This document shows positions 11,609 to 24,922 of a DNA stretch of 64,000 bases, piece after piece. The stretch comes from Octopus sinensis (Eukaryota): NCBI RefSeq assembly GCF_006345805.1, contig NC_043001.1:15686001-15750000 (forward strand), written 5' to 3'. Each line of letters starts with the position of its first letter. Position 1 is the first letter of the stretch. Made by a program: the position numbers and the translations under genes. The notes beneath the pieces were generated by a model. It did not search any database, had not been told where the DNA came from, and saw nothing but the letters and a program-made list of their open reading frames with translations.

Positions 11609-12012
11609 AAGGCGGCGAGCTGGCAGAATCGTTAGCACGTCGGGCGAAATGCTTAGCAGTCTGCCGTTACGTTCTGAGTTCAAATTCCGCCGAGGCCGAC
11701 TTTGCTTTTCATCCTTTCGGGGTCGATAAATTAAGTACCAGTTACGCACTGGGGTCGATATAATCGAATTAATCCGTCTGTTTGTCCTTGTTTCTCTCCT
11801 CTCTGTTTAGCCCCTTGTGGGTAGTAAAGAAATAGAAATAGGTATTTTGTCTGCCGCTACGTTCTGAGTTCAAATACTGCCGAGGTCGACTTTGCCTTTC
11901 ATCCTTTCGGGATCGATAAATTAAGTAGTAATGAAAAACTCGAGTCAATGTAATTGTTTAATCTCCTCCCCAAAATTTCAGACCTTGTGCTTTTAATAGA
12001 GAGAATTATTAT
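11609..12012 (+). mobile_element. SINE A dimer (young full unit plus short-tail unit with diverged tail)
   Basis: Junction aaagaaata-gaaata|ggtattttgtc at 11841. Confidence 0.9.
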
Positions 12013-12453
12013 CATTATTATTATTAACTACTACTACTATTGTTTATTATTATTACTACTACTATTGTTGTTTATTATCATTATTATTACTACTACTATT
12101 GTTATTTATTATTATTGTGATCGACAAGAACCGTTTTAGGACTAAGCATCAAATACCGATCTAATGTTTTGTTGAATGAACATTATTTACAATAATCACG
12201 TCAAGAAGATCTCTAAAATTAATCAGTAATTTTCTAAATTTTATTTCACCAGGACAAGTAACACAAAGAACGACCCTTCATCAGTTGTCGGCTGTCTATC
12301 TACTTCTCAGTTCGAGCAATACATACATACATACATACATACATATATGGTGTGTGTGTGTGTGTGTGTGACGCAAAAGAATAGGTATTTTAAATCTTAT
12401 AAGCACTTGGCAAACCACATCCAATGACAGAAAACGTTCAGAATCGTTTAGAA

Positions 12454-12809
12454 CAGGGGTTCCAAACCATTTTTTTTTGTATCTATGTACACCTTTATTC
12501 TGGTGGGCCCCCATAGCCATTCAGTATTTAAAAAATAGTTTTATAGAATCTTCTTTCAAAATTCCATTTTTTCTTTTACACATTAACTTGTGTCGGTTGA
12601 ACTACGTAAAATGTCAGAGAAAGAAATTTAAATTGTTTCTTGTAATACACACCAATACATACATCTGAGGCAAAATGTTTTGGACAGCCCTTAAAATATT
12701 ATTGTGGGTCCCCAATTTTGTTAAACGGAATCCCTAAAATCTTATATGGACCCTCAGGAGTTGTATGGATCCCGGTCGAGAAGCATTTGACCCCGGTTGA
12801 GAATCCCTT
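12454..12809 (-). mobile_element. hAT-family MITE
   Basis: TIRs caggggttccaaacc / ggttgagaatccctt; 8-bp TSD gtttagaa / ttttagaa (7/8); internal similarity to 13803-13945. Confidence 0.7.
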
Positions 12810-13136
12810 TTTTAGAATTATCAGTTAGACTGTATTCTCTTTGGTTCGTAAATTCCGAGTTCTCAGAACAAGAGGAAACGGAAGCAATGTGGGATCTTCT
12901 AAGAATTTAGCCGGAGTGGTTTCTGGTTTCCTTTCATTTTAACGGATTTGCGAAAGTGTTCAAAATCTTGAAATATGGGGAATGTAAGAATTCTCCAAAA
13001 AAAAAAAAAACCTTTCATTACTCTAAAGAAAATATTAAAATAAAGCGAGATCCCCACCCCCCGCACATACATGCCTTGTCATTAAATACAATTAAATCAA
13101 AACATTATTAATTTAATCATTTTAACTATTTGTATA

Positions 13137-13538
13137 TCTTTATATATAAAAGTGAAGTTGTGTGCTGTCTGTCTCCTACGATTTAGATTCCTTACTGCTC
13201 CCACATTTTGCGGTGCAGTTTAACCAAAACCGGGTATCTTATAGTCGTGATTCATATCGAGCCCTTCTGGGTATTAGCGCGCGTCTACGATGAGTCTACG
13301 ATAAAAAAAAAAATTTACCATAATTTTTTTCCATTTTAATGCATTTTTTTCGCTATTATATAAGGGAAGTAACTCTCTAAAAATGTCTACGATGAGTCAA
13401 CGATTAAAAAAAAATTTACCATAATTTTTTTCCCATTTTTAATGCATTTTTTTTGCTATTTTTTGGCTATAACTCTCTAAAAATGCGTATATAGTTATTT
13501 CCCTTATAAACCCGAGCTACGCCGGGCGATACTGCTAG
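13137..13538 (+). mobile_element. Non-autonomous Helitron
   Basis: A|TC start; subterminal GC hairpin cccgagctacgccggg (13511-13526); CTAG|T end; internal direct repeat of about 70 bp (gtctacgatgagtc..aatgcatttt). Confidence 0.85.
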
Positions 13539-13802
13539 TGGTATTTAAATGAAACATGACTTTGTTCCAGTTCACCAAACCTCGAAATACTTACGTAATA
13601 AAAAAAACATTTCCAACAATATTTTTTTTTGAAGTCAAACACAAATGTCATATTCCTTTCTTTTCGTCTTTCATCTTAATATAAAAACCAATTAGACAAT
13701 ATTTCTCAGCTTTCGTAAACGTCGTGTTTTTGTCACTTACGTATTCGTATGTCAACTTAGCTTTATTAATGCTTAAATATTAACTTATCCTTTACTTCAA
13801 AA

Positions 13803-13945
13803 CAGTGGTTTTCAACCGGGGATCCACGGAAGCAAAATAGTAAATTGGAAATTCACAATAGTTACTGTAAAAAGATCCATGAAAGAATTTTGCTTTTGAA
13901 GTGTCTGTTGTAAGAAACAAGAAATAGCTAGGTTTCTTTCTCTAG
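13803..13945 (+). mobile_element. hAT MITE 5' fragment
   Basis: cagtggttttcaaccgggg terminus; caaaatagtaaattgg shared with the 12.7-kb and 50.0-kb copies. Confidence 0.6.
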
Positions 13946-14228
13946 CGCAGGCCTGGCCAACTCGAATCAGGTAACGAACGATGTTGTTTGTCCAACGCAG
14001 TCATTGATATCATCTCGTAAAAGAAAAAGACGAATACAGTGATTTAAGAAAAATCTAGCTGCTATTTCTTGCAGTTTGAGCGACCATAATTTGTGGGTCT
14101 GTAAATTTGTATATAATCACCATATACTTCAGTAAAATTATTTAATTCATACACACAAACACACACACACACATACATACACGAGTGGACAAACGAAAGA
14201 AAAAGGAATACACACACATATATACTCT

Positions 14229-14431
14229 CTACTTTACTTGTTTCAGTCATTTGACTGTGGCCATGCTGGAGCACCGCCTTTAGTCGAAGAAATCGACCCC
14301 GGGACTTATTCTTTTGTAAGCCCAGTACTTATTCTATCGGTTGCTTTTGCCGAACCGCTAAGTAACGGGGACATAAACACACAGCATCGGTTGTCAAGCA
14401 ATGCTAGGGGGGGACATACACAAACACACAG

Positions 14432-14471
<40 letters not shown>

Positions 14472-14618
14472 GACGGGCTTCTTTCAGTTTCCGTCTACCA
14501 AATCCACTCACAACGCTTTGGTCGGCCCGGGGCTACAGTAGAAGACACTTGCCCAAGGTGCCATGCAGTGGGACTGAACCCGGAACCATGTGGTTGGTAA
14601 ACAATTTACTTACCACAC
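14229..14618 (-). mobile_element. SINE B
   Basis: Reverse complement matches the 60508 copy from A-box to tail. Confidence 0.92.
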
Positions 14619-15761
14619 ATTAAAACGGTAATGAGAAATTGGGATGACAAAAGGATAAACACTTATTCAATGGCTTACAGCTGTTTCTGCTGCTGAATGC
14701 GATGCAGTCATATCATATATAAAACATTTAACAATTATTAATTCGACAAAATACATTTTGTCAATACAAACAATTATGAATTAAGTGTTTATTCGTGCTA
14801 AAAATTATCTTTGAGTTCTTTATTCTAAATGGCCAGACATAACTTCTTTGCGTGTGTTGAATGTTTGACACAACCGTGCCTCATATTAAAGCGATGAATC
14901 TTGCCTTCAACTCGACCCCGAGTTGCTATTATTGTTAATTTAACAAGGACAGGCATTGTGTAATCTTAAGACAGTATATTTATATAGCCACCCCGCTTCT
15001 CTTTCGCTCAAATCACATTATACCCGTCTTATAGACGAACACACATAAAAGAGAACGGCATTGGACAACAATACAGCATAATACAAATCCAGTGATAACC
15101 CGGGTAGAGTGCACCAATAAGGCAAACACCCGACCGAAAAACAGAAAAGAATCTATAATAAAAACTAAAAATAAAAGGACCAGAAAACAAGAGCTACGGG
15201 TACAAAGACAATAAAATTACGTTAGTAGGAAGAAAGAGAAGAATTCAACGTCGATTCTTTGCTGTTCCGTCTTCACGGTGTAATGGTGATCTTGTATTCC
15301 AAGTTCGTTGTTCTGTCGTCTTTTTGTTATTTGCTTCGTTTCTTCCTCGAAATTTTGCCTGGGTGCTGAATAATATATAGTCTTAGATGGGGTTTCTTTT
15401 TTTTTTACCGTTTTCTTAACTCTTTACCTGTCCAAATTATTCTCATAAGCCTGATATAATATTTATCCTAGTTTCATACATTCCTTCCATAAGTCCCAAC
15501 TTATTCTGGTGGTCGAAAAAAAAATAGGAACGTTGCCAGGGAAAAATGTCCTTAGACACAGGACAGGCAGAAGGTTAGGGAGAGAAAGGCAACGCCATGA
15601 CACTCCTACCTTTATATTTATTAATTTATTGTTTTTGTTAAGGCCTTTGAGACAAGGAGAGGGACGAGTCGAAGTGATCCCGAATGTTTAAAACAAAATG
15701 AAACAACAAACGTAATCAAGAAACAAATGGTGATAAACGAATGACGGTTGTTGTATCGTAT

Positions 15762-15982
15762 CGCCCGCAAGGAGCTAAACACTGAGAGGACAAACAAGGA
15801 CAGACAAAGGGATTAAGTCGATTACATCGACCCCAGTCCGTAACCGGTACTTAATTTATCGACCCCGAAAGGATGAAAGGCAAAGTCGAACTCGGCGGAA
15901 TTTGAACTCAGAACGTAACGGCAGACGAAACACCGCTAGGCATTTCGCCCGGTGTGCTAACGTTTCTGCCAGCTCTCCGTCT
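15762..15982 (-). mobile_element. SINE A
   Basis: Head, B-box and long tail on the minus strand. Confidence 0.9.
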
Positions 15983-16771
15983 TGTAGACGACGGTTATTG
16001 TATCTACCAACCGATGTAAGAAAAGGTAAAAAGAAAGTAGAAAAAAAACAACAACAACAAACCAAAACAGTCAGAACCAAGATCCTTTCATGCCTTCAAA
16101 ATAGGTCTTGTCCAAGGGTTCTCAAACGTCTGCTCCTTGTGTACCCCTTCATTGTGCCCGGCAGTGCGAAGAATATAATGTGAAACCTTTCCGTACAAAC
16201 GTTTCATAAAATAATGGACATACACGTTATTATTTGCCATTAATTTCATTTCAAGGGTTCAAACTTCGCCATGTTCAACTTAATAAGATATAATTCTTAC
16301 GGGGATGTGTGCCCTTTCTAAGAAATTTAATGTCACATTTTTAATGAGCTTGATATCATTTTCTGACAACCAAGCCAATTAATTTTAGCCACAGTTTCAG
16401 GTAAGGCATACCCGCGTATCATTTTTCAATTGGGTCTTGTAGAAAATTTTGTTCGCAACAAAAAATTGACGGAATCAGCAAAAGACTACAAATGTTTTAG
16501 GTACAAGAGAGATGAGTTTAGTTGGTCACGATTACTTCAAACTTCTAATATATTTTATAAACGTCACCTATCCTCACAATCTCTCTTACGTATTCCTAAA
16601 GGTACGTATACCCCGATTTCAGAAGAGCCTTGGCTTTAAGCGCGATTTATTCGCGATCTGGTGTTCGAAAACCGAGGTACTTACTGTATTATAAAATATA
16701 AATCTTCACAATATCCTTAATGGACAATATATTTGATCTTCACAGCCATAATTTATAATAATATTCAAATA

Positions 16772-16971
16772 CAGTAGTACCTCGGTTTCCGAACGCCTCT
16801 GACCACAGATAAACCGTGCTCTATCTATCCATTATCCATATATATATATATATATATATATATGTATCTATCTATCTATCCATATATATATATTCATATA
16901 TATGTATCTATCTATCCATATATATATTCATATATATGTATCTATCTATCCATATATATATATATATATAT

Positions 16972-17002
<31 letters not shown>

Positions 17003-17179
17003 CCGGAGTAAACACATAAATGTGAAACAAGGTGGAAAAAAGAGTACTCAAATACCAGTGGTATTTAAAGCAGCAGAAAATTCAACAAAACCTGTTACTC
17101 TGAGTTTCCCTTGCCGTTCATCGGAGAGGGAAACTCAGAGTAACAGGTTTTGTTGAATTTTCTGCTGCTTTAAATAAAG

Positions 17180-17211
<32 letters not shown>

Positions 17212-17237
17212 TATAATATATATATATATATATCCAT

Positions 17238-17276
<39 letters not shown>

Positions 17277-17330
17277 TAAATAAAGCGCGATTTATTCGCG
17301 ATCAGGTGTTCGAAAACCGAGGTACTACTG
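16772..17330. mobile_element. Tc1/mariner (Tigger-like) MITE containing nested (TA)n and a fold-back module
   Basis: TA|cagtagtacctcggtttccgaac ... gttcgaaaaccgaggtactactg|TA; TIRs match 22/23. Confidence 0.8.
17062..17176. repeat. Perfect 50-bp-arm hairpin with a hammerhead remnant on the minus strand
   Basis: Arms 17062-17111 and 17127-17176, 15-nt loop; minus strand reads CCGATGA-acggcaagg-GAAA-ctc a gag-TA-acagg. Confidence 0.9.
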
Positions 17331-17528
17331 TATTATAAAATATAAATCTTCACATTTTCCTTAATGGACAATATATTTGATCTTCACATATTACAAAACA
17401 TTTTGTTTTAATATTATTAACATAATATTAAATAATATATAGCATATGTCTCGTACAACATTCATATACATACATACACACACACACACACACATTATAT
17501 ATATATATATATATATAATATATATATA

Positions 17529-17569
<41 letters not shown>

Positions 17570-17624
17570 TACTATAATAATCTGCAAGAACTAAAAATAC
17601 GTGTGTGTGTGTGTGTGTCTTGAC

Positions 17625-17875
17625 AACGCGAGCTGGCAAAATCGTTAGCATGCCTGACAAGATGCTTCGAGGTGTTTCCGTCCGTCTTTACATTCTGAGT
17701 TCGAATTCCACCGAGGTCGACTTTACCTTTTATCCTTTCGGGATTGATAAAATAAGAAAATAAGAACTATTTCAGCAAGTGGCGGATTGGGGTGGAGATG
17801 AAACCAACCAGCCCACTTCCCCCCCACCCCCCCAAAAAAACTGAGGGCTTTGTGCATATTAGTAGAAAAGGATTG
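17625..17875 (+). mobile_element. Old SINE A
   Basis: Diverged head gcgagctggcaaaatcgttagc; B-box gagttcgaattcc. Confidence 0.75.
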
Positions 17876-18552
17876 TTAGCAATATATTATTACCATGGCA
17901 TTCCGCAAGTACTGTGACGTATATTATTACATCTTAATGCATTTAATATACTATAAATTTATTATATCTTAATATACTGTAACGTGTAAGTATTGACAAC
18001 ATTATTAACACTACATTAATCCCCCAAATTCATGACTTAGCATTGAAACACATTATGAACTGTACCACTTGACATTATCAACAATTTCTATTAACCGCTG
18101 AACACTACAATACAGGCCTTCACAACATTTTCAACGGCGCAGTTTCGACTTTTTTTTTCCTATTCGAGGCTTTTCTTTCAACCTAATATTTTACATGCTG
18201 TCATTTATAGCTTCATCTACTTCGAGTTCAACGACCGGCCCTTTTAAAAACGAATTATTTCACGTTTTCTCGGGAGTTTTTAAATTGCTATGACGTACCA
18301 TAACGATATTATTGAGAATATATATATATATATATATAATATATATATATATGTGTGTTGTAATAATAATAATAATAATGTTTCGTAAGCTAAAGCTTTA
18401 TAAGCGATCACCATGCAATGACTATGGGACATATATGACCTATGACCGAGATGAGAAGGAAAGGCTCTCGTACGCGGGGGTCTATTTTCTTTAAGTCATT
18501 GAACGGTGATCGCTTATAAGATAAAATATCACTATTATTATGTACAGAATTG

Positions 18553-18589
<37 letters not shown>

Positions 18590-19317
18590 CAAACTGGGAC
18601 AAGAATGCAAGACATTTAGAAGACGATACAAAAAACACGGACGGTACATTCGAAGCCTTCAATCTTCAGTCAAGAACCGGATCATCCTCGCAATTTCAGC
18701 TGATTAATCTTTGAATATATATATTCAAAAACTATAGCATGTATATTTCCACAATTAATATTAAATCTCCAAATAATATAAAATATTATATAGAAGGTTA
18801 TATAGGACTTTACAGTATTAAACTTTCAAAAACCATAAGTTGTATTCCTTGGCAACATTATTAATGATAGTAAATTCAACATGCTAGAAAGAGTAAACAA
18901 ATCTTTCTCAAATCGTATTCCACTATCTTTAGAAAAAAAATGGGACATACTGGACAAAAACACAGGATGGTCAAAGCTGGAACGTATTTGATCACAGTCC
19001 TGTTCAATCAAGGCTGACGTGAGCTATTGTGAAAAGCAGTCGGAACTACAAGGAGATTATTAAACGATGTTTCGTTACTAAACAAATATGAATTAACGAT
19101 TAAACTCTTCGAAATATGACAACAGCTGCCAACAAAACCCCTGAAACCTAAGAAAAAAATATCTCTCACAAAGTCGTTATTATTTTTACTAATTTTATTT
19201 TTTGTGAAATCTGCAAAGCAACCTGTTTATGGAATGCATAAGCGACACGAAGGATAGTTGATACCTTCTTAACATATAAGAGCGAATCTACGTATGTATG
19301 CATATATATGTGTGTTT

Positions 19318-19328
19318 GTGCGTGTGCG

Positions 19329-19361
<33 letters not shown>

Positions 19362-19424
19362 TATATTATATATAATATATATATTATATATATATATACA
19401 TATACATATATATATACATACATA

Positions 19425-19456
<32 letters not shown>

Positions 19457-19489
19457 CATATATATACATATATATATACATATATATAC

Positions 19490-19537
<48 letters not shown>

Positions 19538-19673
19538 CATATATATATAATATATACATATATATATATAAATATGTGTGTGTACAAATGGAAGAACTGT
19601 TAATATACACATTTATACATACATTAGCTTTGTTCCTTATATATATATACACGTATATATATATATACATGCA

Positions 19674-19725
<52 letters not shown>

Positions 19726-19790
19726 GCATATATATATATATATGGTTGTGTGTATACATACATGTATGTATATAAGTATTTATGTTTGTG
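19318..19790. repeat. Compound (TA)n/(CATA)n microsatellite
   Basis: Direct reading; source of several YI-repeat pseudo-ORFs. Confidence 0.95.
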
Positions 19791-19995
19791 AGTATAAATG
19801 GATATACTGTTAAAAATATACACGTTTATACACACATTAGCTTTGTTCCTTCTACATATATACACGGTTTGATGCAATTTGAGATACAATGTTCGTGTTC
19901 TTATCATCATTATTAACCGTAATAGAAACTCGAAGTCAGGTGGATAGGGGGTGGCTTATTTGCCGTCATATTAGAAATATCTTTGTTAAGCGTTG

Positions 19996-20037
<42 letters not shown>

Positions 20038-20234
20038 CTATCATTCTATGTATGTGTGTATGAATGTATGTTTAGGCATACTTCATGTTTAGTGTAGGAC
20101 GAAGGATGGAAAACAACTGTTATAAGGGGGAAAAAATAAAAGGATGTGGGGTGGATATAAGAAGAATCAAATGAAGGGTGCAGAGGAGAGAGCAGTTGAA
20201 CTGGCAGAACCTTTATGTGTAAGGTAAGGAAGTT

Positions 20235-20479
20235 AATAGTTGGGTAAAGAAGTGCCTGAGAAGAGATCTGAGTTGAAGGGAATCAGAAGGATATAATGCA
20301 GAAGTGGGTGGGGTGGGTGGGGGGAGAAAAGGCTAAGGTAGACTAGAGAAGGGTGACAGATGATCGCAAAAGACTGAAACTCGGGAAGGCGAAGACAAAG
20401 GATTGCAATTTTCAGAGGTGAAACGCTGTGCTTGAGGACTGCAGAGCCTGTCCAATCCATCCATGCCAATACGGAATAG

Positions 20480-20480
<1 letters not shown>
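20235..20480 (+). mobile_element. Decayed RTE-like LINE 3' end
   Basis: Frame fragments such as WVKKC and an end tccaatccatccatgccaatacggaa resembling RTE 3' ends as I recall them; many stops. Confidence 0.4.
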
Positions 20481-20530
<50 letters not shown>

Positions 20531-20867
20531 ATTGATTGATTGATTGATTCTAGTTTCAGCTTATGAGCTGTGGCCATGCTGGGGCACCGCCATTTGGTGT
20601 TGCTACTTGGTTTCACTTCATGGAGGCTTTCTAGCAACTGCTATTTGGTGCATGAGAGAGTTCGATGCAGCTGCCCTCATCTGCCCATCCTGCCGTGAAG
20701 TTGGTTCATCTGGGACACCTGACAGGTATACATGTACACACAGGTATACATGTACACACACGCGCGTGTATATATATATATATATATATATACGCTGACC
20801 ACTTGATAAAATCATTAAAGCGATTTTATCCCTAATTCTCTGTTTATATATTTACATATGAATATAC

Positions 20868-20931
<64 letters not shown>

Positions 20932-21419
20932 GAGGGTGGGGGACAAACACAAAGATATACATATATACGACGGGCTTCTTCCAGTTTCTGTCTACTAAAA
21001 TATATGTATAATACGCACACACACACCGTTATTCTTTTAATTTATGCACAGTGATCAACTCTTGGTGCGTGGGGGGCATATATAATGGCCGGTTCGAAAA
21101 TTAATTAAGGTTCATTCGTCCCTATCTTCCAAGATATTCTTATGAATTTTTACATCTTCAGTTTTGTCAGTTCCACGAGGTTGTTAACCGGGGCTTTTAA
21201 GTTCTCACTTTCCAGGTGTTTTCTATTTTGTAACTTTTTCAGGAAGGGACTTCGCCTAAAGTGTGGACACCCAATAACTCTTGTGGGTCCATCCACTCTT
21301 ACGGCCAGCTCAAAGCGATTCCAATTTGGTTCATGACACAAAGGCACTTATCTTCTCTTTCTGCCCAATACACAATACAATTTAACCGATATCCGTTCGT
21401 CGACTAATTAATTAAATTA

Positions 21420-21528
21420 AGTATAGATGTATATAAATATATTTATACCTATATATATATGTATATATATAATACACACATATATATATATAATATAATA
21501 TATATATAATATATGTATATATAATAAT

Positions 21529-21568
<40 letters not shown>

Positions 21569-21780
21569 TATGTATATATATAATACACACTATATAATAT
21601 ATATATATACATATATATATGTATATATATAATATAAATATATATAATATCTATAAATACATATAATATATATATACATACATAATACATAAACATAATA
21701 TATACATGATCTCTGTGTATATATATATATATATATATAATATATATATATATACTTACACATATATATATGTATACACA
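21420..21780. repeat. Compound (TA)n microsatellite
   Basis: Direct reading. Confidence 0.95.
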
Positions 21781-22145
21781 GACACACAGAGCTTACATAC
21801 ACACATATATACTGCTGTATAAATACCTGTATAGATATGCATATGTAAACAAAAGGATTATGTTCTTGTGTGAAAAATGTTTGCGTTGCTTTTTGTATTC
21901 CCTTTCATTTCTACTGGTTTCTCTCGCGGCATTTAATACAAGTCCTGAACCGCTCAACACCTTCAAAGTGTACAACAAGGCGTTGAATTAAAGCTTTAGC
22001 TATTTACACATTTTTTTTTTATTCACTTATGATGATATTACACACATTCTTTGTCTTGTCCTGTACTGTCCCATAATAATGTTTGTTTTGATATAAACCC
22101 TTGTAGTCAATAAAGAAAACATTATTATTAATATTATTATTATTT

Positions 22146-22345
22146 GGGCGGTGCGCAGGCAGAATCGTTAAACACGCCGGGTGAAAGAAATTCTTAGCGG
22201 CATTTCGTCCGTCTTTATGCTGTGAGTTCAAATTCCGCCGAGGTCGACTTTGCCTTTCATCCTTTCTGGGTCTATTACAAATCGACTAAACCCCTGCTCC
22301 CCAAAACTCAGGCTTCGTGCCTATAGCAGAAAGAATTATTATTAT
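22146..22345 (+). mobile_element. SINE A (short-tail subtype)
   Basis: Head, B-box gagttcaaattcc, (att)n tail. Confidence 0.85.
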
Positions 22346-22582
22346 TCTTATTATTATTATTCTATGTTTGACTTTTGCTTTATGTCTGTACAAGTTGGCT
22401 CCAAGTCTCACCCAGAGACCTCAAGAGACAACAGGTTGGAAGTTCACGTTGTTGTTATGCCTAGTGTGCCATATATTTGGGTTTTTTTTTTTTGGTGTTG
22501 TACTAGTGAATGTCTAATACATAGATTTAAAAAAAAAAAGTTTGTTTTAAACCTTGGGATTACATAGAGAGTATTTTGCTAT

Positions 22583-23252
22583 TATATTATTATTATTATT
22601 ATTATTATTATTATCTCTTTAGGACTGGTTTTGTTCGAGCTCCTGGACTCTTGCATGCGTAGCGGGCTTGCTACCTGCAGCCTACGGTACCATGCTATCC
22701 ATTCTTTTCAGCTATCTAATACTTTCCTGATTATTCTCGCTGTGCCAAGGTGGCAAACCGTTTGTAACAGTTCTACTGGACACCCTATTCCAATTTCCTT
22801 TATATTCCCCTTGATGCCTTCTGATACTGTTCCCAAGGACCCAACAATAATTGGCAATATTTTCACATTCTTCATTTTCCATAGCTGGGCTATTTCGTAT
22901 TTAAGAGGGTTGTATTTATCTATCTTTTCGCCTTCCTTCTTGACTATTCGTGGATCAAAAGGCCTGCAACACCAACCATATAGCATATATGATTCACCTT
23001 GTCTACCACCACTAGATCTGGTCTGTTATGCTCTAGCACCTGATCTGTTTGGATTGGGAAATCCCAGAGGATTCTGCTTAGTCTCCATCTACGTCACTCT
23101 CTGCGATTTGTATTCATACCACGTCTTGCCCCTCTCTCTAGCCTCCATTTTTCGCACAGGTTCCAATGTAGCACTTTCGCTACCTAGTCACCGTCTCGCC
23201 ACAACGTGTAGTGGTTTTGGGCAAGTCTAGGGCATTCGTTCGTGATATGGGT
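22583..23252 (-). mobile_element. 5'-truncated R4/Dong-like non-LTR retrotransposon (restriction-like endonuclease domain)
   Basis: Minus frames read HITNECPRLAQ, KVLHWNLCEKW, ILWDFPIQTDQVLEHNRPDLVVVDK and KKEGEKIDKYNPLKYEIAQLW..PIIVGSLG..TARIIRKVL. These are end-of-CCHC and PD..D/E.K RLE motifs, with frameshifts; (TAA)n tail. Confidence 0.85.
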
Positions 23253-23450
23253 AATGGTAATACTATCATTATTATCATAATTATTATTATTATTATGTGG
23301 CATTTCTTCATGCTTATCACATAATGAGTTCTAAATCTCTTGAGGTCGACTTCGCCTTAGTACCAGATGAGTAATAGGGTCGATATAATCAATCCACTGC
23401 CATTCAATACACACACACACACATAGTATATATATATATATATATATATA

Positions 23451-23652
23451 GTTAATCCAAACAAGAAAGCACAAAAAAACACAACGCGAGGACGTGGAAC
23501 AAATATAGTATTATTGGACGCTCAGGAAAGAAGGAAAGAAGGAAGGTTTAGCGTTTCGAGCGGAGCTCTTCGTCGGAAACATAGGAGAAGGAAAGATCCA
23601 GAGAAGGGAAGACAGAGGGGAAAAAATCACCAACGGTGCACACGAGGTCACA
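23451..23652 (-). mobile_element. (TA)n-flanked module with hammerhead-like motif (23545-23580)
   Basis: Minus: gttt-CCGACGA-a-gagc tcc gctc-GAAA-cg-CT-aaac; U16.1 is mutated to C. Confidence 0.6.
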
Positions 23653-24347
23653 TATATATATAAAGTTAAATATTATTAGGAATTGTATTTTTAAAAAATG
23701 TTAAAATATTTTGTGTATTGTGAAAGCATAACTAATTTATTGCCCATAAATTTTAACAACCAAATCTTATCTGGGCCCCCCAATAGTCATGTAAGGCCCC
23801 GCCTGAGAACCACCGATCAAGAGGATTTGTCAAACGATGGTTGATTAAGGGTGACGATAGTTTGTCTAATCTGTCACAATAAATTTAGCAGGCACCTGTT
23901 GTCCAGGGGAAACAGCAGAGAGTAATACACTTACATGTATGGTAATATCGACATAAACATGGATCTTTTGACTGAAACCCGGGTAAGCTGTCTACCTTTA
24001 TGGAGCCCTATCATTTTCATTCCCTATTTTTGTCTCTCACCCTTTTACACCCCGCCCCGGCCTTGGCTGTTTATTACATCGTACTTGGTTGTGTGTGAAT
24101 CCTACAGCTTTTGTAGTGGTTTGTGAGATGGCCTCTGTTCGATTGAACTTGAGTAACTGAAAGAAATATTACTATTACTATCATTATTTTTATTATTATT
24201 ATATATTAAGGTAAGAGTGTACGCTACAGTGCTCTCATCATCTCACGGGTCACACACAAATATACATAGACACATATACATATATGTGTCTATATATGTA
24301 TACATATATGTATACAAACGTATATATATATATATATATATATACAC

Positions 24348-24420
<73 letters not shown>

Positions 24421-24500
24421 CTGAGTTAGAAAACAGAGAGATCTATTGGATACAAATTAATAAATTATTCAACATATGAACCAACAATTGTTTCCTTTCT

Positions 24501-24547
<47 letters not shown>

Positions 24548-24871
24548 GTGTATATGGATACGTGTGTGTGTATGTGTGTGAAATACAAACGTGGTTTTTT
24601 ATCTGTTAGTCTAAACAGGTTTGAAGTCTCATCGTTGACAGGTCGACGGTAGAGTCCTTTTGAGACACAACGAAGTATATGTACGTAGACACACATTATA
24701 TATACATGTATATACGCATAGATACGTGTGTGCATGGGCGTGCACGTATATTTTAGTATAAAAACTTCGCAAACAAGAAGAGAGCAAGCACTCAATAGGA
24801 AATCTGTGCGTGCCTCTCTCTCTCTCTCTCTTTATGTGTGTGTGTGTGTGTGTGTGGTGTGTGTGTGTGTG

Positions 24872-24920
<49 letters not shown>

Positions 24921-24922
<2 letters not shown>

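Noticed and set aside
18640-18680. CTGAAGA-ttgaaggcttc-GAAT motif (minus; also at about 39865-39895)
   Set aside because: GAAU instead of GAAA and no convincing stems I or III; a repeat family, but HHR status is unsupported.
21150-21347. 65-aa protein-like ORF
   Set aside because: No recognisable motif, no good splice sites, GTG start; possibly a decayed element.
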